Shown in pieces: positions 55,201-64,000 of a stretch of DNA of 64,000 bases. The translations under genes were made by a program, and so were the position numbers. How positions within the stretch are numbered: position 1 is the stretch's first letter; each line of letters begins with the position of its first letter. The DNA is from Vulcanimicrobiota bacterium (GTDB lineage: Bacteria; Vulcanimicrobiota; Xenobia; Xenobiales; JADMJV01): contig JBFWNU010000001.1 of NCBI GenBank assembly GCA_050250895.1, positions 1,320,008-1,384,007 of the forward strand, read 5' to 3'. The notes under the pieces are model-generated. The model had not been told where the DNA came from, searched no databases, and saw nothing but the letters and a program-made list of their open reading frames with translations.

Positions 55201-55692
55201 ATGCTCAATCTGCTCAACGACTATCACCAGCGCACCGTCAGTTGCTATGAGCGTTACGGTGGCTTGACCCTGACCTATCAGGGTGACGCGCAGATTGTGG
55301 TTTTTGGCGCTCTCGGCCGGCGCAAGCATCCCACCGCTGACGCTGTGCGAGCGGCCCTCGAATTGCAGCGGATAGTGCATCATTTTCGCCGCGACTATGG
55401 GATCGAGAGCGCCTCGGATTTCGCGGTGGGGGCCGGTTTGTGCACCGGTGAAGTGGCCATTGGCGTGCTGGGCGGCACCGGCCAGAAGCAGTATTCGGTC
55501 GTGGGCGAGACCGTGCGCAAGGCCCATAAGGTCCAGGGAATGAGCGACGAATTGGGGGCCTCGGTCATTCTCGACGCGGCCTCGGCGGCCCGTTGCGAGC
55601 AGAAGGTAGAAATGCGCTTCCTGGGTGAGGTCGAAATGAAGGGGCTGGAGCATCCCGAGGCGCTCTACGAGGCGGTGGATATGCTGTCCTAG
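52225..55692 (+). CDS. Tandem CHASE2 / class III nucleotidyl cyclase, (TM-CHASE2-3TM-cyclase)x2
   Basis: Second CHASE2 is canonical (IDEESL..LGPWPWPR, DADGVVR, GVEIHAQ). Two cyclase domains: YQGDA twice, G..TG twice, IGDTTNTAARL, DIRGYT, KG twice. Confidence 0.92.
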   Translation: MSTARFRLIGTAVILGLLVGLALSWQLPSSELFLSDIEVLAARQLLPARGRDERLRLVADYPDQAIRRDVAADDRQEFVLEVLARGARGVLVTSPDFLEGTQLVEALDELPVALFTRDSLEAIAIEDSDGLIRRFRWQAEAAGPLRRAFHWLDETTPELDSRGLFRPLLARADQDVAAERYFNSFKPISLASLLEPDFREGFLSRVEGSLVIVGDFEMEATGDEFHTSGGKLMTLTGTAALLDSLLGKALLKACPLVVWLPGAAVFLWLAALAAIRFRPLSACLVLILLEWVSFTGGVLVATYAQLLIPLVTGVIGMPVAMGYVFLEQLRRSREVGEEFGAREGVQLGGREREVTILFTNLPEYLKLLEKQGAAGQLSRRREYNQVVLEACARYGGRVVDYQGDAQMIGFGLEENAPHAQQATAAALLVVERVQALAGSWGVGNPDLLKVHAGVCTGPVAQGHVGARQKMDIALIGDTTNTAARLMGAAMKLDERVVISLPTREGLGQGVEGRELEPVSLKGKAKPVPIFAPDRLLEHPPEVETDQVVGSMVELPRDRGASGVAILLSTLLGTLLCANPVSEQLLQGAEQDLYDLRHRMLAADAPAEVVVAGIDEESLNTLGPWPWPRAYHAQIATNLFEAGARAVFYDVLFEEAGDDEYSDQELSQAVKDYPNLVLAMALTRDQFAVVPVPLMPGLDEDQMRKRLQVGHINTRRDADGVVRSAILAAWDQQDRLWPSAALSLLGHATDKSYQQLEADRQRLRLGNRELPLRPDPQKPYETLIVYRPPVTGPQAQDRPEGYVSVHRLLDPEDPFFKRARGTVVLIGQNVKDERDLFRTPLGPMKGVEIHAQTLATLWSGPSLIQAGRIRFLYLFGCCLLMGVATTLAPTRGRTLVVVFSSGLFLVFLNLALYLTGWWFPLAATCVGAIGSAVAVVLMRFVSSLDAATRFLPREVVHALLFENRLHEGLVEATVLLTDIRGYTAISETRSPVAMLNLLNDYHQRTVSCYERYGGLTLTYQGDAQIVVFGALGRRKHPTADAVRAALELQRIVHHFRRDYGIESASDFAVGAGLCTGEVAIGVLGGTGQKQYSVVGETVRKAHKVQGMSDELGASVILDAASAARCEQKVEMRFLGEVEMKGLEHPEALYEAVDMLS

Positions 55693-55761
55693 CCGGCCCG
55701 GAGAGGTCCTGTTGGGCGCCAGAGCGAAAGGACGGGCCGATTATTGGGAGGGAATTGTAGA

Positions 55762-57354
55762 ATGAGCGTGGACCTGACGAAATACGGCATCAAGGTGGAG
55801 ACGATCAAGAGAAACCTGGTGCCGGCGCGGCTCTACGAGCGAGCCCTGCGCGGAGAACGCGGGTCGGAGATGGTTGCCAACGGCGCTCTGGCGGTGAATT
55901 CGGGCGAGAAGACCGGGCGCAGCCCCAAAGACAAGCGCATCGTCGAACACGATCAGAGCAAAGGCGATGTCTGGTGGGGCGATGTCAATATTCCCCTCGA
56001 TGAGGTCACCTATCGCATCAACCACGAGCGGGCTATCGACTATCTCAATACTCGCGACGAAATCTACGTCTTTGATGGCTTCGCCGGCTGGGATCCCGAG
56101 TATCGCCTCAAGGTGCGCATCATCTGCACGCGACCCTATCATGCCCTGTTCATGCACAACATGCTGATTCGCCCGACCCACGAAGAACTCGAGAATTTTG
56201 GCGAGCCGGACTATATCGTGATCAACTCTGGCGCTTTTCCAGCCAATCGCTACACCCGCGGCATGACTTCCGACGCCAGCGTGGTGCTCAATTTCGAAGA
56301 GGGTCGGATCGTGATTCTGGGCACCGAGTATGCGGGCGAGATGAAGAAGGGCGTCTTCAGCGTGATGAACTATCTGATGCCCAAGCGCAAGGTGCTTCCC
56401 ATGCATTGCTCGGCCAACGAGGGCGAGGACGGCAAGGTCAGCCTGTTCTTCGGGCTCTCGGGCACCGGCAAGACCACTCTGTCGGCTGACCCGGCCCGCA
56501 AGTTGATCGGTGATGATGAACACTGCTGGACCGATAACGGAGTCTTCAACATCGAAGGCGGATGCTACGCCAAGTGTCTTGGCCTGCGGGGCGATTCCGA
56601 GCCCGAGATCTTCAACGCTATTCGCTTTGGTTCGGTATTGGAGAATGTCGTCTTCGATCGCGAGACCCGAGAAGTCGACTTCGACGACGCCAGCCTGACC
56701 CAAAACACCCGGGCCTCGTACCCGATTGACTATATTCCCAACGCCAAGATTCCGTGTGTGGGGGGCCACCCCAACCACATCATCCTGCTTACCTGCGACG
56801 CCTTCGGCGTCTTGCCCCCGGTCAGCCAGTTGACACCCGAGCAAGCGATGTATCACTTCATCAGTGGCTATACCGCCAAGGTCGCCGGCACCGAACAAGG
56901 CGTGACCGAGCCTCAGGCCACCTTCTCGGCCTGTTTCGGAGCTGCTTTCATGGTCTGGCACCCCAGCGTCTACGCCGAATTGCTGGCCGAGAAAATGCGC
57001 AAACACGACACCAAAGCCTGGTTGATCAACACCGGTTGGTCGGGCGGGGCCCACGGGGTGGGGCAGCGTTTTAAGTTGGCCTATACCCGGGCCATCATCG
57101 ATGCCATCCACGCTGGTCAACTCGATGGCGTCGCGACCCAGGTTGACCCGGTTTTCAAAGTAGCCGTGCCCACGGCCTGCCCGGGAGTGCCCAGCGAGCT
57201 GTTGATCGCTCGCAGTACCTGGACCGACGGAGCCGCCTATGACGCCACTGCCAGCAAGCTGGCCGACCTGTTCCACCAGAACTTCGAACAGTTTCGCGAG
57301 GGATCGAGTCAGGCTATTTGTGCAGCAGGGCCGCGCGTTACCGCCCATTCTTAA
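55762..57354 (+). CDS. pckA: Phosphoenolpyruvate carboxykinase (ATP)
   Basis: [49 protein letters not shown]. Confidence 0.98.
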   Translation: MSVDLTKYGIKVETIKRNLVPARLYERALRGERGSEMVANGALAVNSGEKTGRSPKDKRIVEHDQSKGDVWWGDVNIPLDEVTYRINHERAIDYLNTRDEIYVFDGFAGWDPEYRLKVRIICTRPYHALFMHNMLIRPTHEELENFGEPDYIVINSGAFPANRYTRGMTSDASVVLNFEEGRIVILGTEYAGEMKKGVFSVMNYLMPKRKVLPMHCSANEGEDGKVSLFFGLSGTGKTTLSADPARKLIGDDEHCWTDNGVFNIEGGCYAKCLGLRGDSEPEIFNAIRFGSVLENVVFDRETREVDFDDASLTQNTRASYPIDYIPNAKIPCVGGHPNHIILLTCDAFGVLPPVSQLTPEQAMYHFISGYTAKVAGTEQGVTEPQATFSACFGAAFMVWHPSVYAELLAEKMRKHDTKAWLINTGWSGGAHGVGQRFKLAYTRAIIDAIHAGQLDGVATQVDPVFKVAVPTACPGVPSELLIARSTWTDGAAYDATASKLADLFHQNFEQFREGSSQAICAAGPRVTAHS

Positions 57355-58065
57355 GTGCGGGTTCTCAGCTTCAATCTGCGCTGCGATATGCCGCCCATCG
57401 GCTGGTCCGAGCGCCGGGGCGAGGCGGCCGAGCTGGTCAGACGTTGCAACCCCGATGTGATCGGTTTTCAAGAGGTGCTCCCCCATCAGCGGGCCGACCT
57501 CGAACAAGACCTGCCTGGCTACCAGGTCTGTGGTCGGGGCCGGGACGCAGACGGCGGCGGCGAGCAGTGTTGTCTCTTCGTTCGGGCCGGCATCCGGATC
57601 GTGGAGCAGGACACCTTTTGGTTCGGACCTCATCCCGACCAGCCCGGTAGTCGGGCCTGGGACGCGATGTTCCCACGCATCTGCAGTTGGGTCCGGTTGC
57701 GCCGAGCCGGTGGCGAGGTGCTGGTGGCCAACGTCCACCTCGACCACCAGGGCGAGATATCCCGGCAGCAAGCGGCCGCCCAGTTGGCCGCCTGGCTCAG
57801 CGACCCCTGTATCTTGATGGGCGATTTCAATGCCGAGCCCGACTCGGTGGCCCTCACCAGCCTGCGTCAATGGCTGACCGACGCCTACTTCGCCGTGCAC
57901 GGGTCCTGGATTGGGACCTACCACGAGTTTGCCGGTGGCCATGACGGCCCCTGTATCGACTACATCCTGGTGGCGGGGGTTGAAATCGCCGCGGCCGAAG
58001 TGGTGGTCGCCGGTCCTCCCTTTCCGTCAGACCATCATCCTGTTATGGCCGATCTGATCCTTTAA
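57355..58065 (+). CDS. Endonuclease/exonuclease/phosphatase (EEP) family protein
   Basis: SFNLR, DVIGFQEV, N.HLDH, GDFNA, IDYIL, SDH.PV. Confidence 0.92.
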   Translation: MRVLSFNLRCDMPPIGWSERRGEAAELVRRCNPDVIGFQEVLPHQRADLEQDLPGYQVCGRGRDADGGGEQCCLFVRAGIRIVEQDTFWFGPHPDQPGSRAWDAMFPRICSWVRLRRAGGEVLVANVHLDHQGEISRQQAAAQLAAWLSDPCILMGDFNAEPDSVALTSLRQWLTDAYFAVHGSWIGTYHEFAGGHDGPCIDYILVAGVEIAAAEVVVAGPPFPSDHHPVMADLIL

Positions 58066-58156
58066 CGCTCTTGTGACGCCGGGGCGGTAAAGTTTCCTCA
58101 GTGAGATGAGCATTGGTTGGACCTAACGCCCCGGCGAAAGCCGGGGCTTTTTCTTT
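58061..58156 (+). repeat. 96-bp dispersed non-coding element, copy 2
   Basis: Identical to 7807-7902; its first bases TTTAA contain the stop codon of the EEP gene. Confidence 0.9.
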
Positions 58157-58176
58157 GCCAAAGACTCTGGCCAGGC

Positions 58177-58548
58177 TCAAAGATGGCCGTCGATCACCAC
58201 TCGCAGGGGCGCCCGCCCCAGGTGTGGCGGCGCGTAGACCAGGGCCGCCACTGGGTCCAGACTGACCACTTCTTGCCGTTCATCCCAGTCGATGTCATTG
58301 GGATGATACAGCACCCTGTTCGAGTTTTGCTGCAAATCGACCAGCAGAGACTCGAGTGAGGCCAACATGCCCGGCGGCCCCGGCGGACACAAGCAGCCAT
58401 CGTCGTAGGAGCAGACCACGAAGTCAAACCAACCCGGCCCCATCTGCCTCGCGCCGGTCAGTTCAAGCTTGGGATGCCGGACTCTTAGCTCGGTCAGATC
58501 GAGGCGACAACCCGAGCATTCGATAATGACGATGGCGCACACAACCAC
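58177..58548 (-). CDS. Possible hypothetical protein
   Basis: 123-aa ORF filling the gap; no recognisable motif. Confidence 0.3.
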   Translation of the reverse strand: MVVCAIVIIECSGCRLDLTELRVRHPKLELTGARQMGPGWFDFVVCSYDDGCLCPPGPPGMLASLESLLVDLQQNSNRVLYHPNDIDWDERQEVVSLDPVAALVYAPPHLGRAPLRVVIDGHL

Positions 58549-58744
58549 GAACTATTCACCACTTCTCAGCGAGGACCTGGACGGCAAATTGGACACCGAA
58601 AAGTGTCCGCACATTTGAGAACTGGCTTATTGTAAAGCGCTCGATTTGTCCGGTTAACATTATGGATAGAAATTTTAACAAAACTAGTATTTACCTTTTG
58701 ACCGTTTGCCCCCATAATGTGAGTAGGTTCTCGGAAGGAAATGG

Positions 58745-60391
58745 ATGACGATGGAAATCTACGGACAGCCCTCAATTGGAAGACTCGCTCCCGACTACGC
58801 CGCTCGCGAAGCTCGCGCCGCCCAGGTGCAGATCGCCCTGACCGAAGGTCTGGTTTCGCTCCAGGGACTCGGCCAGGGCCAACTCGGGGCGCATCGTCAG
58901 TACTTCGGCTCGGTGATGGGTGACATCCAGACCCTGCGCTGCCCCTGCGAATTCCCGCAGTTCCCGGCTTCCCCCGGTGGCCCTCAGGGCGGCTACGGCC
59001 CCAACCCCTTCTTCCCGCAGATGCCCGGCGCCTGGCCTGGCGGTATGCCCCAGGGCCTCGACCCGATGATGCTGATGATGCAGATGATGCAGCAGCAGTA
59101 TGACAACAACATGATGATGCTCTTTATGGTGATGATGCAGCAGCAACAGCAGCAGTTCATGCAGATGATGATGATGTTGATGGGCCAGCAGCAGCAGCAG
59201 CAGCCCCCCTGCCATCCTCAGCCCCGCCCGCCACACCACCCGCACCCTCACCCGCCGGTGACTCCCCCGGTGTCGGTCGAGCCGCCCGTCTTGCCTGAGC
59301 CCCCTACCGTCGACCCCGAGCCGGTCGCTCCCCAGCCGGTGGATCCGGTCGAGCCCAGCGAGCCGCCGGTCGAGCCCTCGCCGCCCACCGAGCCTGTGGC
59401 GCCGGTGACCCCTTCTCAGCCGCCTCGCGAGCCCTCACGCACCGAGAAGGTCGACAAGTTCGTGGCCGCCCTCCGTCAGGCGGGCAGTGATGTCTCGCAG
59501 GACCAGATTCGAGAATTGGCCGTGCAAAACGGTCTGTCTGAACAAGATGCGAACGACTTGATCGAGTTTCTGGCCGAGGTCGACGAAGGCGACATCGACT
59601 TCTCTGACAACGAAGTGATCGAGATGCTCGGAATCTACAAAAAGGCCGCCGGTGCAGACGGTGATATTCGGGTGTTGTCCGACGCTCTGCTCGACTACGC
59701 CAATAGTGACGTGGTCACCGACAGTCTCAGCGAATCTTGCTACAACGCGCTGGTGCGTATTGCTGGCAACCCGCCCGAAGCGGGCACTCTGACCCGCCGC
59801 TTGACCGAGATCGACGGCTGGGATTGGGGCGGCATCGACCTGCACGACGACGCCATGCGCAACACTCTACGGGCCTTCAAAGATGCGCCTCCGACGAGCG
59901 AAACGCCGGCCGCTCCCCCGGCTAGCGAAGCTCCTGAGCAGGCTCGTCAGCGCAAAATGTCCGACTTCATGGGCAAGCTGCGCCGGGCCGGCAACGACGT
60001 CTCCCAGGACCGCGTGCGCGAACTGGCCGTCGAAAGTGGCCTGACCGAAGCAGACGCCAACAACCTGATTGACTTTCTCTCGGAAGTAGACGGTGGCGAC
60101 ATCGACTTCACCGACAACGAAGTGCTCGAGATGACCCGCATCTTCGAGAAGGCCGCCAACGCCAACGGCGACGTCAAAGTGCTCGCCTCGGCGCTGCTCG
60201 ACTACGCCAACAGCGATGTGGTCACCGACAGCCTTAGCGAAGAGTGCTACGACGCCCTGGTGCGAGCCGCCGGCAATCCCCCCGAAGCCGGCACCCTAAC
60301 CCGCCGTCTGCTCGACGTCGACGGTTGGGACTGGGGCGGGATGGACCTGCATGACGATTCGATGCGCAACATTCTGCAAGCCTGGCAGTAG
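58745..60391 (+). CDS. Met/Gln/Pro-rich protein with two tandem 148-aa acidic helical domains
   Basis: SD GAAGGA; poly-M/Q tract; repeats at 59438-59881 and 59945-60388. Confidence 0.85.
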   Translation: MTMEIYGQPSIGRLAPDYAAREARAAQVQIALTEGLVSLQGLGQGQLGAHRQYFGSVMGDIQTLRCPCEFPQFPASPGGPQGGYGPNPFFPQMPGAWPGGMPQGLDPMMLMMQMMQQQYDNNMMMLFMVMMQQQQQQFMQMMMMLMGQQQQQQPPCHPQPRPPHHPHPHPPVTPPVSVEPPVLPEPPTVDPEPVAPQPVDPVEPSEPPVEPSPPTEPVAPVTPSQPPREPSRTEKVDKFVAALRQAGSDVSQDQIRELAVQNGLSEQDANDLIEFLAEVDEGDIDFSDNEVIEMLGIYKKAAGADGDIRVLSDALLDYANSDVVTDSLSESCYNALVRIAGNPPEAGTLTRRLTEIDGWDWGGIDLHDDAMRNTLRAFKDAPPTSETPAAPPASEAPEQARQRKMSDFMGKLRRAGNDVSQDRVRELAVESGLTEADANNLIDFLSEVDGGDIDFTDNEVLEMTRIFEKAANANGDVKVLASALLDYANSDVVTDSLSEECYDALVRAAGNPPEAGTLTRRLLDVDGWDWGGMDLHDDSMRNILQAWQ

Positions 60392-60400
60392 AGTGAATTG

Positions 60401-60433
60401 AAAACGCCAGCCCGAGCGGCTGGCGTTTTCTTT
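60401..60433 (+). terminator. Intrinsic (likely bidirectional) terminator
   Basis: AAAACGCCAGCC-N5-GGCTGGCGTTTT. Confidence 0.85.
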
Positions 60434-60606
60434 GTTTCCGACACGGTCCTGACACCCTGGCCGGGCCTTCGGTGGGGGCAGCAGCCAGGACTGCACCATC
60501 CAGGTTTTTCGAGGTTGGTCGTTCTGTCAGACATCCTACCCTGGACGCTCGACGACCTCATCGGCTTCATCCGCTAAAAGCTAGCTCGCGAAGCGAGCCC
60601 TGCCGT

Positions 60607-61581
60607 CTACCGTCTGACGACTACCGTCTCTTGTGCCCCGACCCGGTGGCGCCCGGCGTGATACGACGAGCGGACTAACGGGCCCGACTCGACGAAGCGA
60701 AAGCCGAGCGAGAGCGCCTCCAGGCGGATCGCCTCGAATTCTTCGGGGGTCCAGAAGCGCTCCACCGGCAGATGCTTCATGGTCGGGCGCATGTACTGGC
60801 CGACCGTCAGAATGTCGGTGCCCTGGGCGCGGATATCGGCGATGGTTTGGCTGACTTCCTGGCTGCTCTCGCCCAGGCCCAGCATGATCCCGGACTTGGT
60901 CAGCAACTGAGGAGCCTGGCTATCACGGTGCTCAGAGGCGCGCTTGAGCAGTTCCATCGTCCACTCGTAGCGGGCCCGGTTGCGCACGCGTTTGTAGAGG
61001 CGAGCGACCGTCTCGGTGTTGTGGTTGAGCACATCGGGCCCGGCCTCGAGGATGGTCATCAGGGCCTGGTGGTCGCCGCGAAAATCGGGAATGAGCACTT
61101 CGACCTTAGTATCGGGGTTGCGCCGTCGCACCGCTCGGATGGTGTCGGCAAAGTGGCCGGCCCCGCCGTCGGGCAGGTCGTCACGGTCGACCGAGGTGAT
61201 GACGGCGTGCTCGAGCTTCATGGTGGCCACCGCTTCGGCTACGTGCTCTGGCTCTTCGAGGTCGAGAGCCTCGGGGCGGCCGGTCTTGACGTTGCAGAAG
61301 CCGCAGGCACGGGTGCAGGTGTCGCCCATCACCATGAAGGTGGCCGTGCCCTCGCTCCAGCATTCGTAGATGTTCGGGCAGCGGGCCTCCTGACAGACCG
61401 TGTTGAGCTTGAGGTCGGTCATCATGCGGCGAATGGTGGTGAAGGAGCCGCTGGTCTGCAGCTTGATCCGCAGCCATTCGGGGCGGCGCGGTTGAGCATG
61501 CCAGGCGTCATCGCGGGGACCGGCCAGGTCCTCGAGGGCGGTAGGTAGTACGGTCAGCGGGATCCAGTCTTTCTTGGCCAT
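60607..61581 (-). CDS. lipA: Lipoyl synthase
   Basis: CQEARCPNIYEC, CTRACGFC, TSVDRDDL, HNTETV, PLVRSSYHA. Confidence 0.98.
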   Translation of the reverse strand: MAKKDWIPLTVLPTALEDLAGPRDDAWHAQPRRPEWLRIKLQTSGSFTTIRRMMTDLKLNTVCQEARCPNIYECWSEGTATFMVMGDTCTRACGFCNVKTGRPEALDLEEPEHVAEAVATMKLEHAVITSVDRDDLPDGGAGHFADTIRAVRRRNPDTKVEVLIPDFRGDHQALMTILEAGPDVLNHNTETVARLYKRVRNRARYEWTMELLKRASEHRDSQAPQLLTKSGIMLGLGESSQEVSQTIADIRAQGTDILTVGQYMRPTMKHLPVERFWTPEEFEAIRLEALSLGFRFVESGPLVRSSYHAGRHRVGAQETVVVRR

Positions 61582-61590
61582 GCTTGGCTC

Positions 61591-62241
61591 TTACCCAAAA
61601 AGTGGCTCGGATACCTCCTGTAGATTGCGTTGGAAGACCTCGGCAAAGGCCTGGCACAGTGCATTCTCGACCTCGAGTAGAGGGGCCGGGCGACCCAGCA
61701 GGCGTTCCAGGCTGGTCACCTCGGCGTCGGCAATCCCGCAAGGCACGATCAGGTCAAAACCTTTCAGGTGGGTGACATTGAGCGACAGGCCGTGACTGGT
61801 GACCCAGGCGCTGGCCCGCACTCCGATGGCCGCCAACTTAGCGCCGTTCACCCAGGCGCCGGTGCGCCCGGGCACTCGCTCAGCCTCGAGGCCGAAGTGG
61901 GCGGCGGTGAGAATGGCCACCTCTTCCAGGTCGCGCAGGTAGCCATGCAGGTCGCGGCGGCTCTCCTCGAGTTTTAGGATGGGATAGGCGACCAGTTGGC
62001 CGGGGCCGTGATAAGTGATGGCCCCGCCTCGCCCCGAGTGGACCAGGTCGATGCCGTCAGCGGCGAGTTGGGCCTCGCTCACCCGCAGGTATTGCCGGTC
62101 GGTGGCGCGTCCCAGGGTGATCACCGGTGGGTGCTGGCACAGCAGCAACTGGTCGGCGATCTCGTCGGCTTTGCGACGAGCCACCAGTCTTTGCTGCAGG
62201 GCCTGGGATTTGGCGTAGTCGACCGTGCCCAGGCGGCGCAC
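61591..62241 (-). CDS. lipB: Lipoyl(octanoyl) transferase
   Basis: HPPVITLG, RGG.ITYHGPGQLVAYP, KLAAIGV, HG.SLNV, IVPCGI. Confidence 0.96.
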   Translation of the reverse strand: MRRLGTVDYAKSQALQQRLVARRKADEIADQLLLCQHPPVITLGRATDRQYLRVSEAQLAADGIDLVHSGRGGAITYHGPGQLVAYPILKLEESRRDLHGYLRDLEEVAILTAAHFGLEAERVPGRTGAWVNGAKLAAIGVRASAWVTSHGLSLNVTHLKGFDLIVPCGIADAEVTSLERLLGRPAPLLEVENALCQAFAEVFQRNLQEVSEPLFG

Positions 62242-62249
62242 TTCGACAA

Positions 62250-63494
62250 TCAGAGGGCTCCCTCGGGAAACTCCTGGAGGGTCTTCTTGACCAGGGCCAT
62301 GAATTGGTCGGCGGTGGCTCCGTCGATGATGCGGTGGTCAAACGACAGGGCCAGATACATCATGTGACGGATGGCGATGGCGTCGTCGTCGGTCACCACG
62401 GGGCGTTTGGCGATGGCGCCAATGCCGAGAATGGCCACCTGGGGCTGGTTGATGATCGGGGTCCCGAAAAGGCTGCCAAAACCGCCCGGGTTGGTCAGGG
62501 TGAAGGTGCCCCCCTGGACCTCGTCGGGATTAAGCTTCTTGGCGCGAGCGCGCTCGGCCAGATCGCTCACCGAACGAGCCAGGCCCAGCAAGGACTTCTC
62601 GTCGGCCTGCTTGATGACCGGCACCAGCAGCCCCCAGTCGAGAGCCACGGCCATGCCCAGGTTGATGTCTTTGCGATAGGCCACGGCCCTGTCGACCACC
62701 GACGAATTGAGCACGGGATAGGCCCGCAGCCCATCCACCACGGCCTTCATGATGAAGGGCATATAGGTCAGGTTGACGCCGCGGTCGGCGTAGCTCTGCT
62801 TGTGAGTCTGGCGCAGTTTGACCACCCGGGTCATGTCGACTTCAAAGACGGTGGTCACGTGCACCGAGGTTTCGCGAGAAATGACCATGTGCTCGGCGAT
62901 CGAGCCGCGCATGGGCGAGAAAGGCTCGACCCGATCGCTGGCGGCCGGTTGGTAGCGGAATTTGTCGGGGGGGGCCGGCCGAGCGACGGCAGGGGCTGGG
63001 GCGACCGTGGGTTTGTTCTCGATATGGGCCAGGATGTCGGACTTGGTCACTCGCCCCGAGATGCCGGTACCGCTCAGTTGGGTAATGTCGATCCCGTGCT
63101 TGGCGGCGATTTTGCGCACCAACGGAGAAGACCGAGTGCGGCGCAGCTCTTCTTTATCGGGCACCTCGCCCGAGGGGCTCAGCGGGGCCGGCGCGGTGCT
63201 GGGCGCAGGCGCTTCGGCTACCGCGACTGGCTTAGCGGCCGGAGCGCTGGCCTGATTAGACTCAGAAATGATGCCAACCACGGTGTCTACTTCGACCGTC
63301 TCGGTCTCGCCATGGCGGATCTCGATCAAGAAGCCCGAGGCCGGCGCCGGGATCTCGGCGTCGACTTTGTCGGTAGAAATCTCGAAGAGCGGTTCGTCTT
63401 TCTCGACCCGTTCGCCCACCTTCTTGAACCAGGTGGTGATGGTGCCTTCGGCGATGCTCTCGCCCATCTGGGGCATAACGACGTTGGTGCTCAT
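62250..63494 (-). CDS. 2-oxoacid dehydrogenase E2 (dihydrolipoamide acyltransferase)
   Basis: Lipoyl domain (STDKVDAEIP), E3-binding SPLVRKIA..GTG.SGRVTKSD, catalytic DHRIIDG. Confidence 0.95.
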   Translation of the reverse strand: MSTNVVMPQMGESIAEGTITTWFKKVGERVEKDEPLFEISTDKVDAEIPAPASGFLIEIRHGETETVEVDTVVGIISESNQASAPAAKPVAVAEAPAPSTAPAPLSPSGEVPDKEELRRTRSSPLVRKIAAKHGIDITQLSGTGISGRVTKSDILAHIENKPTVAPAPAVARPAPPDKFRYQPAASDRVEPFSPMRGSIAEHMVISRETSVHVTTVFEVDMTRVVKLRQTHKQSYADRGVNLTYMPFIMKAVVDGLRAYPVLNSSVVDRAVAYRKDINLGMAVALDWGLLVPVIKQADEKSLLGLARSVSDLAERARAKKLNPDEVQGGTFTLTNPGGFGSLFGTPIINQPQVAILGIGAIAKRPVVTDDDAIAIRHMMYLALSFDHRIIDGATADQFMALVKKTLQEFPEGAL

Positions 63495-63505
63495 GGGTCC
63501 TCCGG

Positions 63506-64000
63506 TCAATATTTCAGCAGTTTCCGCGCCGCCTCGAGAAGGTCCTCGGTGCCGGGCAGCCAGGCTTGCTCGAGCGGCGGGGCAAAAGGAACGGGCGAGT
63601 CGGGCGCGGCCACCCGGGTGACCGGCCCGTCCAGGTATTCGAATCCTTTTTCAGCGATGCGGGCGGCCAGTTCGGCGCCCGGTCCCATGGTCAGGCTGGT
63701 TTCGTGATAGACGATCACCTTGCTGGTGCGGGCCACCGACTCGAGGATGGCCTCTTCGTCGAGCGGCACCAGGGTACGCAAGTCGAGCACCTCGGCCTCG
63801 ACTCCGTCTTTGGCCAGTTGTTCGGCCGCTTCCAGGGCTCGGTGAACGGTGGCGCCATAGGTGACGATGCTGAGATCGCGACCACGCCGGCGCGTGGCCG
63901 CCTGGCCGAAGGGCACAGCTCCGTTGGGTTCGCCTTTGATGCGGCGATAGAGGAACTTGTGCTCGAGGAACAGCACCGGATCGGGATCGTCGATGGCCGT
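63506..64000 (-). CDS. 2-oxoacid dehydrogenase E1 beta subunit (partial, continues beyond window)
   Basis: PVLFLEHK.LY, EVLDLRTLVPLD, LDGPVTRV.APD.PVPF. Confidence 0.93.
   Translation of the reverse strand, partial: TAIDDPDPVLFLEHKFLYRRIKGEPNGAVPFGQAATRRRGRDLSIVTYGATVHRALEAAEQLAKDGVEAEVLDLRTLVPLDEEAILESVARTSKVIVYHETSLTMGPGAELAARIAEKGFEYLDGPVTRVAAPDSPVPFAPPLEQAWLPGTEDLLEAARKLLKY

Noticed and set aside
55741-57942. 733-aa antisense ORF over pckA/EEP, and similar ORFs such as 62127-63707 and 54451-55653
   Set aside because: Opposite-strand shadows of well-supported genes.
60434-60606. Coding-like fragment (...LSDILPWTLDDLIGFIR*) and a small hairpin
   Set aside because: No start or SD and no recognisable family; at most a decayed remnant.
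62241-62253. Non-canonical ATT/CTG start for lipB overlapping the E2 stop
   Set aside because: An in-frame GTG lies only 3-4 codons downstream and loses no conserved residues, so no unusual start is needed.

Overview
GC-rich bacterial chromosomal window with about 55 CDSs, mostly housekeeping or accessory. It carries groES-groEL, minCDE, proC-ecfT-truA-GT2-asnB-methyltransferase, glgA, a minor-pilin triplet, pckA, lipA/lipB with 2-oxoacid dehydrogenase E1beta/E2, a sugar ABC module and a MocR/EamA pair. I see no rRNA, tRNA, CRISPR array or transposase. The gene style suggests an uncultured lineage such as Ca. Eremiobacterota, but that is only a guess. The strongest unusual signals are: (1) a FecR-domain gene abutting an internally duplicated (TM-CHASE2-3TM-cyclase)x2 protein. 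Its two class III cyclase domains have lost complementary catalytic residues, which suggests a single-site pseudo-heterodimer as in mammalian membrane cyclases, with non-adenine specificity residues. (2) A 96-bp non-coding element present as two identical copies 50 kb apart plus a 41-bp third copy. It combines a -10-like box, overlapping mini-ORFs, an intrinsic terminator and a competing anti-terminator helix. (3) A family-B DNA polymerase whose three proofreading motifs all appear lost. (4) An uncharacterised operon built around a Na+/Pi cotransporter. (5) A Met/Gln-rich protein with a duplicated 148-aa acidic domain. All family assignments come from motif recognition by eye; no database searches were run.
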